Assembly (NCBI RefSeq): GCF_000143415.4
Contig: NW_003314352.1
Span: 364,278 to 428,277 of the forward strand
DNA from: Selaginella moellendorffii
Taxonomy: Eukaryota > Plantae > Lycopodiophyta
Length of the DNA stretch: 64,000 nt
Direction of reading: 5' to 3'
A model generated the notes under the pieces. That model was not told where the DNA came from. It made no database searches and saw only the letters and a program-made list of their open reading frames with translations. Both the position numbers and the translations under genes were made by a program. Below, piece after piece: positions 53,136-64,000 of this stretch (position 1 is its first letter; each line of letters begins with the position of its first letter).

Positions 53136-54203
53136 GTACTAGTTCGCACATTACAAGCTCGTTTGCGGATTACAAGTATACAATACTCACGAGTGCGTCA
53201 ATCCGAGTGGTGAAAACGCTTGTATAATGGCTATCCATGTGACACACTAGGTGATTTGACACATAGGAGTCTGCTGTAGTCAGCCGCTCCTGTGTGAACA
53301 AGCTAGCGAAAGAGTGAGTACCTTGCGGCATTTTTGAGACGGGAAAGAGAACTTGGACGGTTCAGCCTCTCGTCCTTCCCATTTCGGCACAGCAACACCA
53401 TCGCAAGTGACACATACACATGTGCGTCTCACCACCAAGGACATGTTTTGCGCATACCAATCCTGTAACCGAACACCAAACATTCACAGCAACAAGAAGA
53501 GAGATGAACACATACCCAGCAATCTGATGTTCCCACCGCAGTCCGGAGCTCGTCATTCATCCTGCAAACAAATACGCTGTACATATTCTTACTTTGTAAA
53601 CGCGTGCTCCAGAGCTTGTGGCGTACCGCATGTTGACAGCTCCAGAGATGCTCGAATGTGACCCATGAGTCAAGATCGGCGTAACTTAAGAAGTTCGAGT
53701 TGTATTGAATAGACGCTCCTGCAGTCTTCCTAGCCACAGCGCGTCGCCATCGCCAGAGCCCTAAACCCGTATGGCGCCAACTTTTATAAATTCTAGGGCT
53801 CGCGAGTATCAGTACTTCGGCGAGGCTCGAACTCGCGACCCCCGCGTGGGAAGTGCAACGTGTTAAGTCTAACACTCTCTTAGCATATGCTCTGGACACG
53901 ATTCTAGGGCTTGTGACCCCCGTTTGTTTGTAGGTTCTCGCGCATCGGCTCCAATTCTCCCGGATTTTGGATCCGCCGCGCTTAGATCCTGGCTCCCAGC
54001 TCGCGGGAAGTCGGCTCTACATGCTGAACTCTGGGGTTTGGATCGTTGTTGTGCGCCTGGTGCTCCATTTCCTCGACACCTTGATGCAATGCCTGCCGAT
54101 TGTGGTAGCGCCGCCGCTAGCGTCCAGCGGGAGTGCCCTGTGCGCGGTCGTGCTGTGGCGGCCGTAGGGAGTGGTCTAGCTGTCGGGAGGAGGCGCTGCT
54201 ACG

Positions 54204-57200
54204 ATGTGGCCGTGGAGGCGGCGGGAGAGATTCTCGCTCGACGAGCTCAAGTACGTTTGGCTGAATTCTCTTTCCTCGCCCTTCTCTTCTCACCCCGAAT
54301 GGTTTTCTCGCCAGATTTCTCACTGAGCAATTGCAAAGGATCAGCTTTGTCAATGACTTGAATAAGGTGTGGATTGGATCCACCATCTCTTCTAGTTCTA
54401 CCGCGCGGAATTTAATTTTTAATTTTTTCTTTTGTTACTAGGATTCGGTGGTAGAGATACTTAGATCCATGGCGGAGCTTATGATATGGGGTGATCAACG
54501 AGACGCTTCGATTTTTGAGTAAGATCCTAGCATTCTCTCGATTTTGATGGCGAGGTGATTGTAATTCACAGGTACTTTATGGAGAAGCAAGTAATGGTTT
54601 TGTTTCTGCAAATTCTCGAGCTTAGCAGCAACACCACGGCTGTTGTGGTCCAATTACTACAGACTATCAACATCATGGTTCAAAACATTCGGAGTGACCA
54701 TGCCATATGTAATGTTTTTTTTTTTTTCCCTAGAGGAATGGGCCTTACTTTTTGCTGTTGGTGTGGCAGACTACATATTTAGCAATGGGTACCTTAACCA
54801 CTTTATCACGTATCCCTATGACTTCCGGGACGAAGAACTGCTGGCCTACTACATTTCTTTTCTAAGGTAAATACACCTTCGACTTTCTGTTTGCCTTTAC
54901 TTTTTCCTTCCTTGTAGAACAACAAGCACAAAGCTTGATCAGACCACAATATCGTTCTTCATAACAACCGAAAATGTATGTTGCGTCTGTTCATTTCTGA
55001 TAACATGACTGTAGAACGTTCTTGCAGGACAATGTGGTGTCGTTCCCACTTTACACAGAAGGGATCAAGTTCTTTCGGCATGAAGAAAGTATGGTGCGAA
55101 TAGCAGTACGAACCCTCACTTTGAACATATATCATGGTAAAGCTATTCTACATTGTTCGTGCTTTGCGCTGCAACCGTGTCTTGTCTTGTTAGTGAATGA
55201 CGACAGCGTGAGAAAGTTTGTTTCAAGCGATAAGGCCGTGGGATACATCGCCGACATTGTGGGCTTCCTTAAAGAAAAGAGTTTTTCACTGCATGCTTTG
55301 ATGGCCGATGCCGAAAGGTACGACTTTTTTCAGTAGTGTGTAAATGTCTGCTAATAAGTAGTATTTCCAGGAATCATGAGCCACTTCAGAGTAAATCAAG
55401 ATTAGAAGGATGTATAGCAGAGACGGAGGAGATCCTTGATTATTGCAACGATATTGTCTCTGCTGGCATCCCTGGTTTGGCTCGCGCAATGACGGATAAC
55501 TTGATGCATGTTTTTGTGCTCCCGCTCTTGTGTTCACTTGCTTCAGTACGTACCATTTTTGCTGGACGTGTGTTTTGTTTTTTCCTTTTGATCATTTGGC
55601 GATTACAGGAAAATGCTCTCTCTGCGCTCTATCTGCTTGCTCGTGTTTTGTGCCTCATCAGACACAAACCGTTGGCAAATGGTGTCGCTGCCGCCCTCGT
55701 TTGTGAATCCTTTCTTGATAGCTCGCTGCCGGAACAGGAACGTCGTCCCTTGAGTGCTTCAGGCCTGGCCCGGGAAAATGGCGTCTCTTCTTTGTGTCCA
55801 ATGTAGTCTGTGAGCTTTTTACTCGTAAAAACACGACGCTCATTCTAATGTCGTTGCTGTGCAGGGAGCTGGTTCTGTCACATGTTATATCTGATAGCGA
55901 CAGGGTTATTGTGGCTTCCGTGACGTTTTTACTGGCTCTTCTTCACAATGAAGGTAATCGGTGCATCATTGTTACAATTGTTTCTAAGTTCGGCCTCTAA
56001 ACAGTGGATGATGCAATTTTGGAAGTACTTGGACTTCTTCCTCGTTTGAAACAACATAAAAGACGCCTTTTGGTTTGTGACTTGTTTACTATGTCCCTTG
56101 CTCACGACAGTTTTTTGCAAACTTTTTTTGCAGCAAGCTTTGATGGGAAGCAATTCAGACGAAGAGCTGTTTGGCGACGAGGATACCCTTGACGTTTGCG
56201 ACTATTCCACATTAGCGGTAAGCGCTCAATCTTTTGTACTGGTTTTTATTGTGCTGCTTCTTCAGGTTGAAAGTGAGAAAACTGTTGATGGAAAAAGGCT
56301 TCGTGGCACAAACTTCTGCAGAGCTACCAGAAACGATAGAAATGCCAAGTGTAACTCTTTCGTGCGTATGCAAGAAGCGGTAAGAATTTGCTACCTGTTT
56401 ACGTAAAGAGCTGAGTATGATTTGGAACGTTGAAGGTCGTGAAGAAGCTTCTGGAGCTATTATGCAGGCGTCCACCACCTTGCATAGAAGCGTTATGGCA
56501 ATGTGGTGCTTTGCTGCGGCAAATATTTCCTTACCATCAGGAAAATAGTGTCCACAGCTCGAGGATTGCCATGATTCGTGTAAGTCTTTTCTTTCTTTGT
56601 ATAAGCTGTTTCTGACACGAGTTGTTTTTGCAGACTGCACGCATAGAAGCTAAAGAGGCTGTTCTAAAAGAACTAGACGACTGCTGGTGTGATGCTATTC
56701 CGTTTGTTGTTGTTGAAGTCTGGCAAAAATCTCGGAAAGGTATCGATTTAGTTTTATCTTTAGTTTGTCACGGTTCTGATTCGACCATTGCCAGCTCTGG
56801 AAGGCTCTTATTATCGAGATGATTCGACAACTCTACTTATTCAAGCACAAAGGAAGAATTTGGATGGTCAAAGTACTACACTCTTTTTGCCTATGTTATT
56901 CTGATTTTCGATTATCTCCAGACAGATTCTCGTCTTCTGTAGTCGCCGATAGGATGCAGGAAGCTATACAGGTTAGTTTTAACTCTCCCTTCTTAACTTA
57001 TAAACTTACGAAAGAAAGCGCAGGTTTTCGTGGCCCTGCACCAGCTACTTCATCTTCTGATTGGCGAGTCGGTCCCAGAAGCACTCCCTCTAGACATGTC
57101 ATACAGCGGCGAATATGTAGCGAAAGTAGGCACCGAGGTGGATTTAAGTAAGTTACCTCACAACTACACTCGAAAACCGTGATGACAATCTTGCAGGCTC

Positions 57201-57665
57201 CGTGGACGCGCTACCGTGCCGGATTGCATTCGAGAGAGGCAAAGAGCGCGACATGTATCTCGTACCAACAGTAAGTTTCACAGCGGGCTGGCTCGTTTTG
57301 GCCGACGGCGTCTCGCCCAAGGGAGTCATTCGTGTCATAGCTCCTTTGGCTGGCTGCCTGGTAAGAAAATCTAAAGTTCCTAAGTTCGCTTATAACTTTG
57401 GTTGTTCCAGCCCGAGATTGACGAGGAACACAAGCGGTGGCTCCATCTAAGAATCCGGCCACCGCAATGGCCTCACCGCAAGCAAACCAAGCCCCCCAGT
57501 CGCACGAAACGAGTCGACGGGCGCTGGACTCTAGCTTTCGCGGATCCACAGAGCTGCGAGAAAGCGCGCGACGCAGTGGTGGTGGCCATGACCGCTCAGA
57601 AGAATGCTGTGCTCGAGCTCCTCAAACCATTGCTCGAAGAAGAAGACCAAGCTGTACCAATATAG
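54204..57665 (+). CDS. TT9: TRANSPARENT TESTA 9 / GFS9 (CLEC16A/FPL family) vacuolar trafficking protein, many exons
   Basis: MWPWRRRERFSLDELK, EILRSMAELMIWGDQ, YFMEKQVM, VQLLQTINIMVQN, YIFSNGYLNHFITYPYDFRDEELLAYYISFLR, FPLYTEGIKFFRHEESMVRIAVRTLTLNIY, PCRIAFERGKER, WLHLRIR, DGRWTLAF. Confidence 0.88.
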
Positions 57666-57730
57666 TATCAAGGAAGACAAAAAAAAAATTTAGAGTCGCC
57701 ATCCACATCTCTTTAATTTTTTGTATGATA

Positions 57731-57765
57731 CATCTCACATCTCACATCTCACATCTCACATCTCA
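57731..57765 (+). repeat. (CATCTCA)5 heptamer tandem repeat
   Basis: catctcacatctcacatctcacatctcacatctca. Confidence 0.8.
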
Positions 57766-57790
57766 AAGTTAACTGTCTTCTCCAAACTCA

Positions 57791-57993
57791 GCTCTTGCTT
57801 GGATCAAGCACAGTAACCTCTTTCTCCACAGTAGCACTCTTGCTTGGATCAAGCAAAGGAAGCTCTTTCTTCCTCCACAGTAGCGCTCTTGCTTGAATCA
57901 AGCAAAGCAACCTCTTCTTCTCCACAGTAAAGCCCTTGCTTGGATCAAGCAAAGCATTCTCCACAATAGAGCTCTTGCTTGGATCGAGCAAGC
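57791..57993. repeat. Minisatellite of five 39-49-bp units, each carrying the hairpin TTGCTTG-NNN-CAAGCAA, directly after the helicase stop codon
   Basis: Cores start at 57795, 57840, 57889, 57936 and 57975; the linkers share ctccaca(g/a)ta. Confidence 0.85.
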
Positions 57994-57998
57994 GCAAG

Positions 57999-60900
57999 CT
58001 AGGCCGTGGACGCGGCCCTCCCTTTCCCCCGGGGCATTTTCCCAGCGCCAACATCTTCCACGTCCTGCTTCTTGTAGTAGTGCGGCGCGATCTCCACGAG
58101 CCAGTCCTTCTTCACCTCGATCACATTCCTCATGTACTCCTTGGTGGTGAGCACCAGCTCGTTGTACACCACCCACCGCGGCAGCACCTGCGAGAGGCCC
58201 GAGCTGGGATGGATGTGCACCACCTGCGGGTTCTTCACCGTCTTGTACGAGCCGTTCTTCTGGATCTGCGCCGTGTGGTAGAAGAAGCCCGCCGTCACCG
58301 TCTTCTTGATCGCCTCCAGGTCGTTTGCGTTGCTCGTCAGCTCGATCTCCACGCGCTCCAGCAGCGACTGGAGCTGGTCCCGGATGTCGCGAGCCCGCTT
58401 CATGCTGCGCACCTGGATGTAGTTCTCGTAGCACCAGTTGGAGCTATAGTTGGTCTCCTTCCACGAGTCGTAGACGCGCATGAGCGCGATGTGGTCGCCA
58501 ACGTTTCCGGAGTGGAAGTTCATGCGGGCCGTGTCGGCGTGGACCTGCTTGTCCTTTGGCCGGTAGAAGATGGCGTTGCCAACCGAGAGCATCGCGGCGA
58601 TGGAGATGATCTCCTCGGAGCACTTGAACTTGTCCGACGCCACGATCATCTTGGACAGCATCGGGTCCAGCGGGAACTCGGCCATCCTCCTCCCCAGCTT
58701 CGTCAGCTCGCCGCGATCGTTGAGCGAGCCCAGCGCGTACAGCTGCTCCAGGGCCCTCATCAGCGTCTCCGCAGGGGGAGGATCCATGAAGTCGAAGTTC
58801 ATGAGGTCGTTGATGCCCAGGCTCTTGAGCATGAGCACGATGTTGCCCAAGTTGGTCCGCTGGATCTCCGGTACCGTGTTGTCCTCCATCTCGTTGTTGA
58901 ACGACCACTGCGTGTAGAGGCGGAAGCACTTGCCGGGGGACGTCCGCCCTGCTCGTCCGGCTCTCTGCATTGCCGCCGCCTTGGAGATTGGAGCCACGAT
59001 CAGCGACTCCATCCCGGTCCTCGGGTTGAAGCTCTTCTGCTTGCAGAAGCCGGGGTCGACCACGTACTTGATCCCGTCAATCGTCAAGGACGTCTCGGCA
59101 ATGTTTGTCGCAAGCACCACCTTTCGTGCTCCAGGGGGAGTCGGCTCGAAGATCTTTGCTTGCAAGTCCGATGGAAGGTTGGCGTAGATGGGACAGATTA
59201 TCAGCTCTGCTATCCTGGACCCCAAGCCCCTCGTTCTCTGCTTTAAAATCTCCTCCGCTGCCTCGATCTCCTCCTGACCCGTCAGGAACACGAGGATGTC
59301 TCCGCCGGGGGGCTGCGTGATGTGGATCTGCAGCACCGTCACAACAGCAGCGTCCAAGTAGTCCGCCTCCGGAGCCTTGGTGAACATCATGTCCACTGGA
59401 TATCGCCTTCCCGGAATGGTAAAGATCGGGGCGTCATCAAAGTACTTGGAGAACTTCTCGGCGTCCAAGGTCGCACTGGAGATCAGCACCTTGAGATCTT
59501 GCCGGAAGCGAGTGATGTCCTTCATCAGCCCAAAGAGGACGTCCGTCGAGACGGTCCGCTCATGAGCCTCGTCGACGATCATCACGCTGTAGCTCTTGAG
59601 ATCCGGCTCGCCGAGAAACTCACGCAGTAGCATACCGTCTGTCATGTACTTGAGCTTAGTCTTTTCCGAGGTGCAATCTTCAAACCGAATCGAATAGCCC
59701 ACCTCATGCCCGAGCTTCACATTCATCTCTTGGGCCACTCGAGCCGCCACACTCATCGCCGCCACCCTCCGGGGCTGAGTGCACCCGATCCTTCCACGCT
59801 CAGTGTAGCCGGCTTCGTGAAGATACTGTGGTATCTGCGTCGTCTTCCCCGACCCCGTCTCTCCCACTATCACAAGAACCTGGTACTGCTCTATGGCATC
59901 CAGTAGCTCCTGCCGGTATGGATAGATTGGCAGCTTCTTTCTCTCCTCAAGAATGTGCTCGTGCTCCGTTTGCGCCGCAGCTTTCCTGCTCTCCTTTTCA
60001 TCCATGGGCTCGTTCTCGCCGGACATGATATCGGCTTGGACGAACTGGACTTGGTCTTCGAACACAAACTCGTACTCGTCAGCCTTCTTCTTGTCCGCGG
60101 CACCGAATTTCATCTTGGCTTTCCCGCTCTGGTAGTCCTCCCACGCGTCCTGCTCGGCAAAGGGTATAGCCCTGTCCTCAGGATCCGGGTCCTTGTATCG
60201 CTCCAGGGCCACCGCGAAGCGCCTCTCCTGCTTGACCCTGGAGATTTCATCGTCGTAGGCTTCTGGAATCTGGTACCCGACGATGTCGTTCGTGTCCTTG
60301 GTCATCTTCATGGCCAGATCAAACACCTCCTGCTTGTACGCCTTCTCCTTCTTCTCCCTCGCCGTCAGCTTCACCTCCGCGAACAGCAACTCCTCGTCGA
60401 TGAGCGTGTCCTTGAGCTCCTCCAGCTTCTTCTCTTGCCTCTTCTTGAGGTAGGACTGGCGAGAGATCTCCCTCGCCACCTTCAGCCCCTCGTCACTCTC
60501 CTGTGCTTGCAAACGCCGCTTGTTCTCCTCCTCTTGCTCGCGAGAAATCTTGTGCTCCATCACCTTTCTGGTGCTGGCCTCGTCCCTCTCCTTCAGCCTG
60601 GCCTCCAGCTCCTCCTTCTCCCGCTGATCCTTCTCCCTGGCCCGCTCCCTCTCCACCTCCTCCTCCTCCTCGAGCGTCCGCCGCCCCCGCTTGGACAGAA
60701 TCCCCACGTCCTCGTCCTCGTTCTCCTCCTCCTTCCCGCGCTTTCGAAGATTGCCATGCTTGGATTGTTTCTTCGCCGCTGGCGATGGCGATGGCGCTAC
60801 ATTCCCCTCGTCGTCCCCAGCCACGAGCTTGTACTCCTCCTGCTTGCGGGCATACCTCGCCGCCTCGATCTCCGCCTGCTGGTAGCCGCTGAGCCCCGAT

Positions 60901-61121
60901 TTCTTGCGAGGAACCCTTGCGAAGAGCTCGCGGGCGAGCCTGTCCGTTACCTGGCCAGGCGGGAACGAGTTCTCCTTGAGCCGCGACGCGAGCGCCGCGG
61001 AGCTCGTCGCCGATTTCGCGAGCCCGATGACGAACGACACCACGGCCGCCTCGGAGAAGCCCTGGATCTCCTGGAGCTCGTCGCTCACCCACGTCTTGAG
61101 CGCCCTTTCCTCCCCGGCCAT
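57999..61121 (-). CDS. Pre-mRNA splicing factor ATP-dependent DEAH helicase, Prp2/DHX16 (ESP3-like), 1040 aa, intronless
   Basis: N-terminus [19 protein letters not shown]; [62 protein letters not shown]2/OB region, W..EIAPHYY. Single uninterrupted ORF from ATG 61121. Confidence 0.93.
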   Translation of the reverse strand: MAGEERALKTWVSDELQEIQGFSEAAVVSFVIGLAKSATSSAALASRLKENSFPPGQVTDRLARELFARVPRKKSGLSGYQQAEIEAARYARKQEEYKLVAGDDEGNVAPSPSPAAKKQSKHGNLRKRGKEEENEDEDVGILSKRGRRTLEEEEEVERERAREKDQREKEELEARLKERDEASTRKVMEHKISREQEEENKRRLQAQESDEGLKVAREISRQSYLKKRQEKKLEELKDTLIDEELLFAEVKLTAREKKEKAYKQEVFDLAMKMTKDTNDIVGYQIPEAYDDEISRVKQERRFAVALERYKDPDPEDRAIPFAEQDAWEDYQSGKAKMKFGAADKKKADEYEFVFEDQVQFVQADIMSGENEPMDEKESRKAAAQTEHEHILEERKKLPIYPYRQELLDAIEQYQVLVIVGETGSGKTTQIPQYLHEAGYTERGRIGCTQPRRVAAMSVAARVAQEMNVKLGHEVGYSIRFEDCTSEKTKLKYMTDGMLLREFLGEPDLKSYSVMIVDEAHERTVSTDVLFGLMKDITRFRQDLKVLISSATLDAEKFSKYFDDAPIFTIPGRRYPVDMMFTKAPEADYLDAAVVTVLQIHITQPPGGDILVFLTGQEEIEAAEEILKQRTRGLGSRIAELIICPIYANLPSDLQAKIFEPTPPGARKVVLATNIAETSLTIDGIKYVVDPGFCKQKSFNPRTGMESLIVAPISKAAAMQRAGRAGRTSPGKCFRLYTQWSFNNEMEDNTVPEIQRTNLGNIVLMLKSLGINDLMNFDFMDPPPAETLMRALEQLYALGSLNDRGELTKLGRRMAEFPLDPMLSKMIVASDKFKCSEEIISIAAMLSVGNAIFYRPKDKQVHADTARMNFHSGNVGDHIALMRVYDSWKETNYSSNWCYENYIQVRSMKRARDIRDQLQSLLERVEIELTSNANDLEAIKKTVTAGFFYHTAQIQKNGSYKTVKNPQVVHIHPSSGLSQVLPRWVVYNELVLTTKEYMRNVIEVKKDWLVEIAPHYYKKQDVEDVGAGKMPRGKGRAASTA

Positions 61122-61138
61122 GGCCAAGAGCCCTAACC

Positions 61139-63394
61139 CTAAATTTCGTGGGCTTCCTCCACGCTCATATTGCTTGAAAGGAGATAGAGCGCCGCGGCGC
61201 CGGGCTCCAGCTCGTGGATCGCCGCCGCGGCTGCCGTCCCCCGCCGCGATTCGCCGTGGTTCTTGCACGCCGCCAGCATCGTCAACCAGGCGATGGAGTC
61301 GGCCTCGTAGGGCATGCCGCACAGCGCCTCCTCCGCCTCGGCGATCATCCCCGCGCGCCCTAGAATGTCCACCAGGCACACGAAGTGATCCATCTTGGGC
61401 GCGATCCAGTAGTCCCCGATGGAGGATCGCAAGTAGCAGCAGGCATCGATTACGAGCCCCGCGTAGCTGCAAGCGCACAGGATGTTGAGATAGGTAACGC
61501 TGTTGGGCTTGATCCCGTGGAGCTGCATGGACTGGAAGAGCTCGCGGGCGGCGCCGCCGTGGCCCGCCTGGGCGGTGGCGGTGATCATGGTCGTCCACGC
61601 CACCACGTCGCGCGCCGCGGTGATGCCGTGGAAGAACACCGCCGCCGCCGTCTCCAGGAAGCCGCTCTTAGCGTAGGCGTTGACGAGCGCTATCGCGATG
61701 GCGGGCCGGGATTCCAGCCCCAGCTCCGCCGCGCACTCGCGGGCGCTTGCGATCCCAGCGGCGTCGCAGCACGACTCGATCATCCCCGCCATCACGGCCT
61801 CGTCCGGCCGCCAGCCCTCAAGATCCAGCGACGAGAAGACGCGCCGCGCGTCGCGGGAGAGGCCCGACTGCCCCAGCCCGGAGATCATCACCGCCCACGA
61901 CGCGCAGTCGCGGCTGGGGATCCTCTCAAACATCGCAATGGCGCGCTCCAGATCCCCATTCTTGGCATTTGCGGTGATCATCGAGTTCCAGCACGCAACG
62001 TCTCGCCGCGGCGCTCGGTCGAAAACCTCCGCTGCCTCCGCTAGAAAACCATTCTGCGCATACGCCACGATCATCACATTCCACGCGACCGAATCCTTCT
62101 CCTTCATGGACTCGAAGATGGCGCTTGATACAGCCAGATGCCCGGCCTGGGCATATCCATAAACCATCGCGGTCTCGGTCACCGCGTCTCTCTGCGGGGA
62201 AAGATCAAAGAGATCCTTCGCGGGATCCAAGCTCCCGTGCTGGAGGTACGCCGCGATCATGACGTTCCAGGAGACCGTGTCGCGGCCGGGCATCCGATCG
62301 AAGACCCCGCGCGCCCGCTCGACCTCGGCGTTGCGCGAGTAGGCCCGGATCATCGAGTTCCACGACACGATGTTTTGCTCCTCGGCGGCGTCAAACAGGC
62401 TCTTGGCGTCGTCCAGGCAGCCGTTCTCGGCGTAGCCCGTGATGATCGAGTTCCAGGAGGCGACGTCGCGGACGGGCATGGCATCGAAGAGGCGGCGAGC
62501 GGATTGGAGGTCGCCCAGCTCGCCGAATCCGGCGATGAGCGCGTTCCACGCCCAGGAGGACGTCGGGGCGTCCTTGTTGGGCATGGATTCGAAGAGCGCC
62601 GCCGCCTCGTCCAGGCAGCCGTGCTGCGCGTAGCCGGACACCATGACCGTCCACGTCACGACGCTCTGCTCGGGCATCCGATCGAACACCACCCTCGCGC
62701 GCTCCAGGTCCCCCTTTTGGGCAAATGCCGCGACGAGCGAGTTCCACGAGTAGGTATCTCTGTGAAGCATGGAGTGGAAGATTTTCAGTGCTTGTTCTGT
62801 CAACCCCTCCTTTCCGTAAACCTGGATCATGATGTTCCAAGAGATGATCCCCGGACTGGGAATAGAATCAAACATCGCTCTGGCTTTCAGCATGTGCCCG
62901 TTTTGGGCATACGCTGCGAGCATCAAGTTCCACGCAAACATGTCGCGTTCGGGCATTTTCTCGAAGGCAAAGTTGGCGAGGTCGATCCGGCGGTGGTGAA
63001 GGAGCCCCGCCAGCAGCGTGTTCCACGTAATCGCGTTCCACGCAGGCATCTGGTCGAAGGTACGCCGGGCGTCCTCCAGATGCCCCGACTGGGCATAAGC
63101 CTTGACCATGATGGTCCACGAGTAGACGTTCCTCTCGCGGATTCTCTCCAGCGCCTGGAGAGCGTCCCCGGCGGAGGAGCAGGCTCCGTACATCTGGACG
63201 AGGGTGTTGCCCAGGAACGTGTCGCGGTCGAGGCCGTGGCTGGCGATGTGGGCGTGGATCCGGCGGCCCTCTTGGAGCGCGCCCAGATCGGCGCATTGGC
63301 GGAGCGCGGCGGCGTAGGCGGCGGAGGTGGGGATCGCATTGGGGCGCAAGAGATCGGTCAGGGAGTCGCGCAGGGAAGAGAGGAGCAAACGCAT
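61139..63394 (-). CDS. Pentatricopeptide repeat protein, PLS class (long run of short motifs) with E domain, no DYW (intronless, 751 aa)
   Basis: Repeated RD..SWN.MI.AYAQNG motifs; [45 protein letters not shown]...[14 protein letters not shown]. Confidence 0.92.
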   Translation of the reverse strand: MRLLLSSLRDSLTDLLRPNAIPTSAAYAAALRQCADLGALQEGRRIHAHIASHGLDRDTFLGNTLVQMYGACSSAGDALQALERIRERNVYSWTIMVKAYAQSGHLEDARRTFDQMPAWNAITWNTLLAGLLHHRRIDLANFAFEKMPERDMFAWNLMLAAYAQNGHMLKARAMFDSIPSPGIISWNIMIQVYGKEGLTEQALKIFHSMLHRDTYSWNSLVAAFAQKGDLERARVVFDRMPEQSVVTWTVMVSGYAQHGCLDEAAALFESMPNKDAPTSSWAWNALIAGFGELGDLQSARRLFDAMPVRDVASWNSIITGYAENGCLDDAKSLFDAAEEQNIVSWNSMIRAYSRNAEVERARGVFDRMPGRDTVSWNVMIAAYLQHGSLDPAKDLFDLSPQRDAVTETAMVYGYAQAGHLAVSSAIFESMKEKDSVAWNVMIVAYAQNGFLAEAAEVFDRAPRRDVACWNSMITANAKNGDLERAIAMFERIPSRDCASWAVMISGLGQSGLSRDARRVFSSLDLEGWRPDEAVMAGMIESCCDAAGIASARECAAELGLESRPAIAIALVNAYAKSGFLETAAAVFFHGITAARDVVAWTTMITATAQAGHGGAARELFQSMQLHGIKPNSVTYLNILCACSYAGLVIDACCYLRSSIGDYWIAPKMDHFVCLVDILGRAGMIAEAEEALCGMPYEADSIAWLTMLAACKNHGESRRGTAAAAAIHELEPGAAALYLLSSNMSVEEAHEI

Positions 63395-63528
63395 AAAACG
63401 AGAGCGGCCGGATCGAACGGCCCATATTGTCTAGAATCGACGGTACTGTTTAAATCCGTGGTAATTTAGGGTTCTTGAGTTGATTGTTCAACTCAATCTG
63501 TCAATCCTTATTATGTTTGGACTAAACT

Positions 63529-64000
63529 TTAATGAAAAGTCACTGAAAGCTTATTGTTGTTATGCTCACTCTCTCCCACGAGAGGAACAACAATGACCGA
63601 GAGATTGTCACTGCTCCCACTTTCAAGTGCGTCCTCCACGATCATCACAGCAGCCACCTGAGAAAGTCCACTCCTCGATTCATGGTCCAGTGCTCCAGAT
63701 CCTCTAGCAATGATGACTGTGTTGCACACGTCCTGGTTCGACATCCTCTGGAAGATCCCGTCCGAAGCAAGCACCAGAAACTCTTCATTACTGTTCCCAA
63801 TCCTGTACTCCACAACATCTGCTTGTGCACTCACGCCAAAAGCTTTGAATTCCATGTCTCCAATCACCCGAGACACTGCTAGCTCTCCATTCACTCTTCC
63901 AAACTCGACAAAGCCTCCGGCAGCCTCAATCCGACGCCTCTCCTCTGCCAACTCCGGGTGGTGATCTTTGCTGAGCTGAGTGCTGTCCATTTCTATCAAA
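63529..64000 (-). CDS. Protein phosphatase 2C, 3' part (continues beyond the window)
   Basis: LSKDHHP..ERRRIEAAGG, RVNGELAVSRVIGD, FLVLASDGIF, GSSDNLSVIVV. Confidence 0.9.
   Translation of the reverse strand, partial: LIEMDSTQLSKDHHPELAEERRRIEAAGGFVEFGRVNGELAVSRVIGDMEFKAFGVSAQADVVEYRIGNSNEEFLVLASDGIFQRMSNQDVCNTVIIARGSGALDHESRSGLSQVAAVMIVEDALESGSSDNLSVIVVPLVGESEHNNNKLSVTFH

Noticed and set aside
57791-57993. CRISPR array (palindromic repeats with ~25-30-bp spacers)
   Set aside because: The spacers are homologous to each other, there are no cas genes, and the context is plant nuclear DNA. It is a minisatellite.
61122-61598. 159-aa N-terminal extension of the helicase ORF overlapping the PPR (ORF track 57999..61598)
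   Set aside because: It starts at GTG with no in-frame ATG and is a low-complexity off-frame reading of GC-rich PPR codons. The conserved DHX16 N-terminus begins at ATG 61121.
57936-63469. Long antisense or alternate-frame ORFs (436, 393, 443 aa) over the helicase and PPR
   Set aside because: These are shadow ORFs expected from high GC3 codon usage, with no recognisable domains.

Overview
Eukaryotic plant nuclear DNA, not prokaryotic. It is gene-dense, with many very short (~45-60 nt) spliceosomal introns, GC-rich intronless PLS-type PPR genes, AT-rich intergenic islands and two N gaps. This style most resembles the lycophyte Selaginella (inference, not verified). Genes in order: group IIc WRKY, PPR (PLS-E), PDX3/PPOX (NAD(P)HX epimerase-PNP oxidase fusion), GDPD, CPSF160, APC11, RBOH, a GMC oxidoreductase (HOTHEAD/mandelonitrile lyase-like), a second PPR, RPA-interacting protein, an ABCC/MRP pseudogene, a macro-domain pseudogene, TT9/GFS9 (CLEC16A family), an intronless Prp2/DHX16 DEAH helicase, a third PPR and the 3' end of a PP2C. 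There are also two copies of a decayed Ty3/gypsy element (one full-length, with short LTRs), an 18S rRNA fragment and several deletion-eroded local gene copies. Highlights: (1) APC11 needs a single-nucleotide exon, flanked by a U12-type intron and a U2 intron. (2) CPSF160 and APC11 start codons lie only 64 bp apart around a symmetric telo-box inverted repeat. (3) Two PPR ORFs end with their stop codon inside the telo-like TAGGG motif that heads the next gene, 17 and 37 bp before the next ATG. (4) The intronless DHX16 has a 3' UTR array of five hairpins. (5) An APC11-PPR block appears duplicated, with an inversion and reciprocal gene loss. Exon coordinates were read by eye and should be verified.
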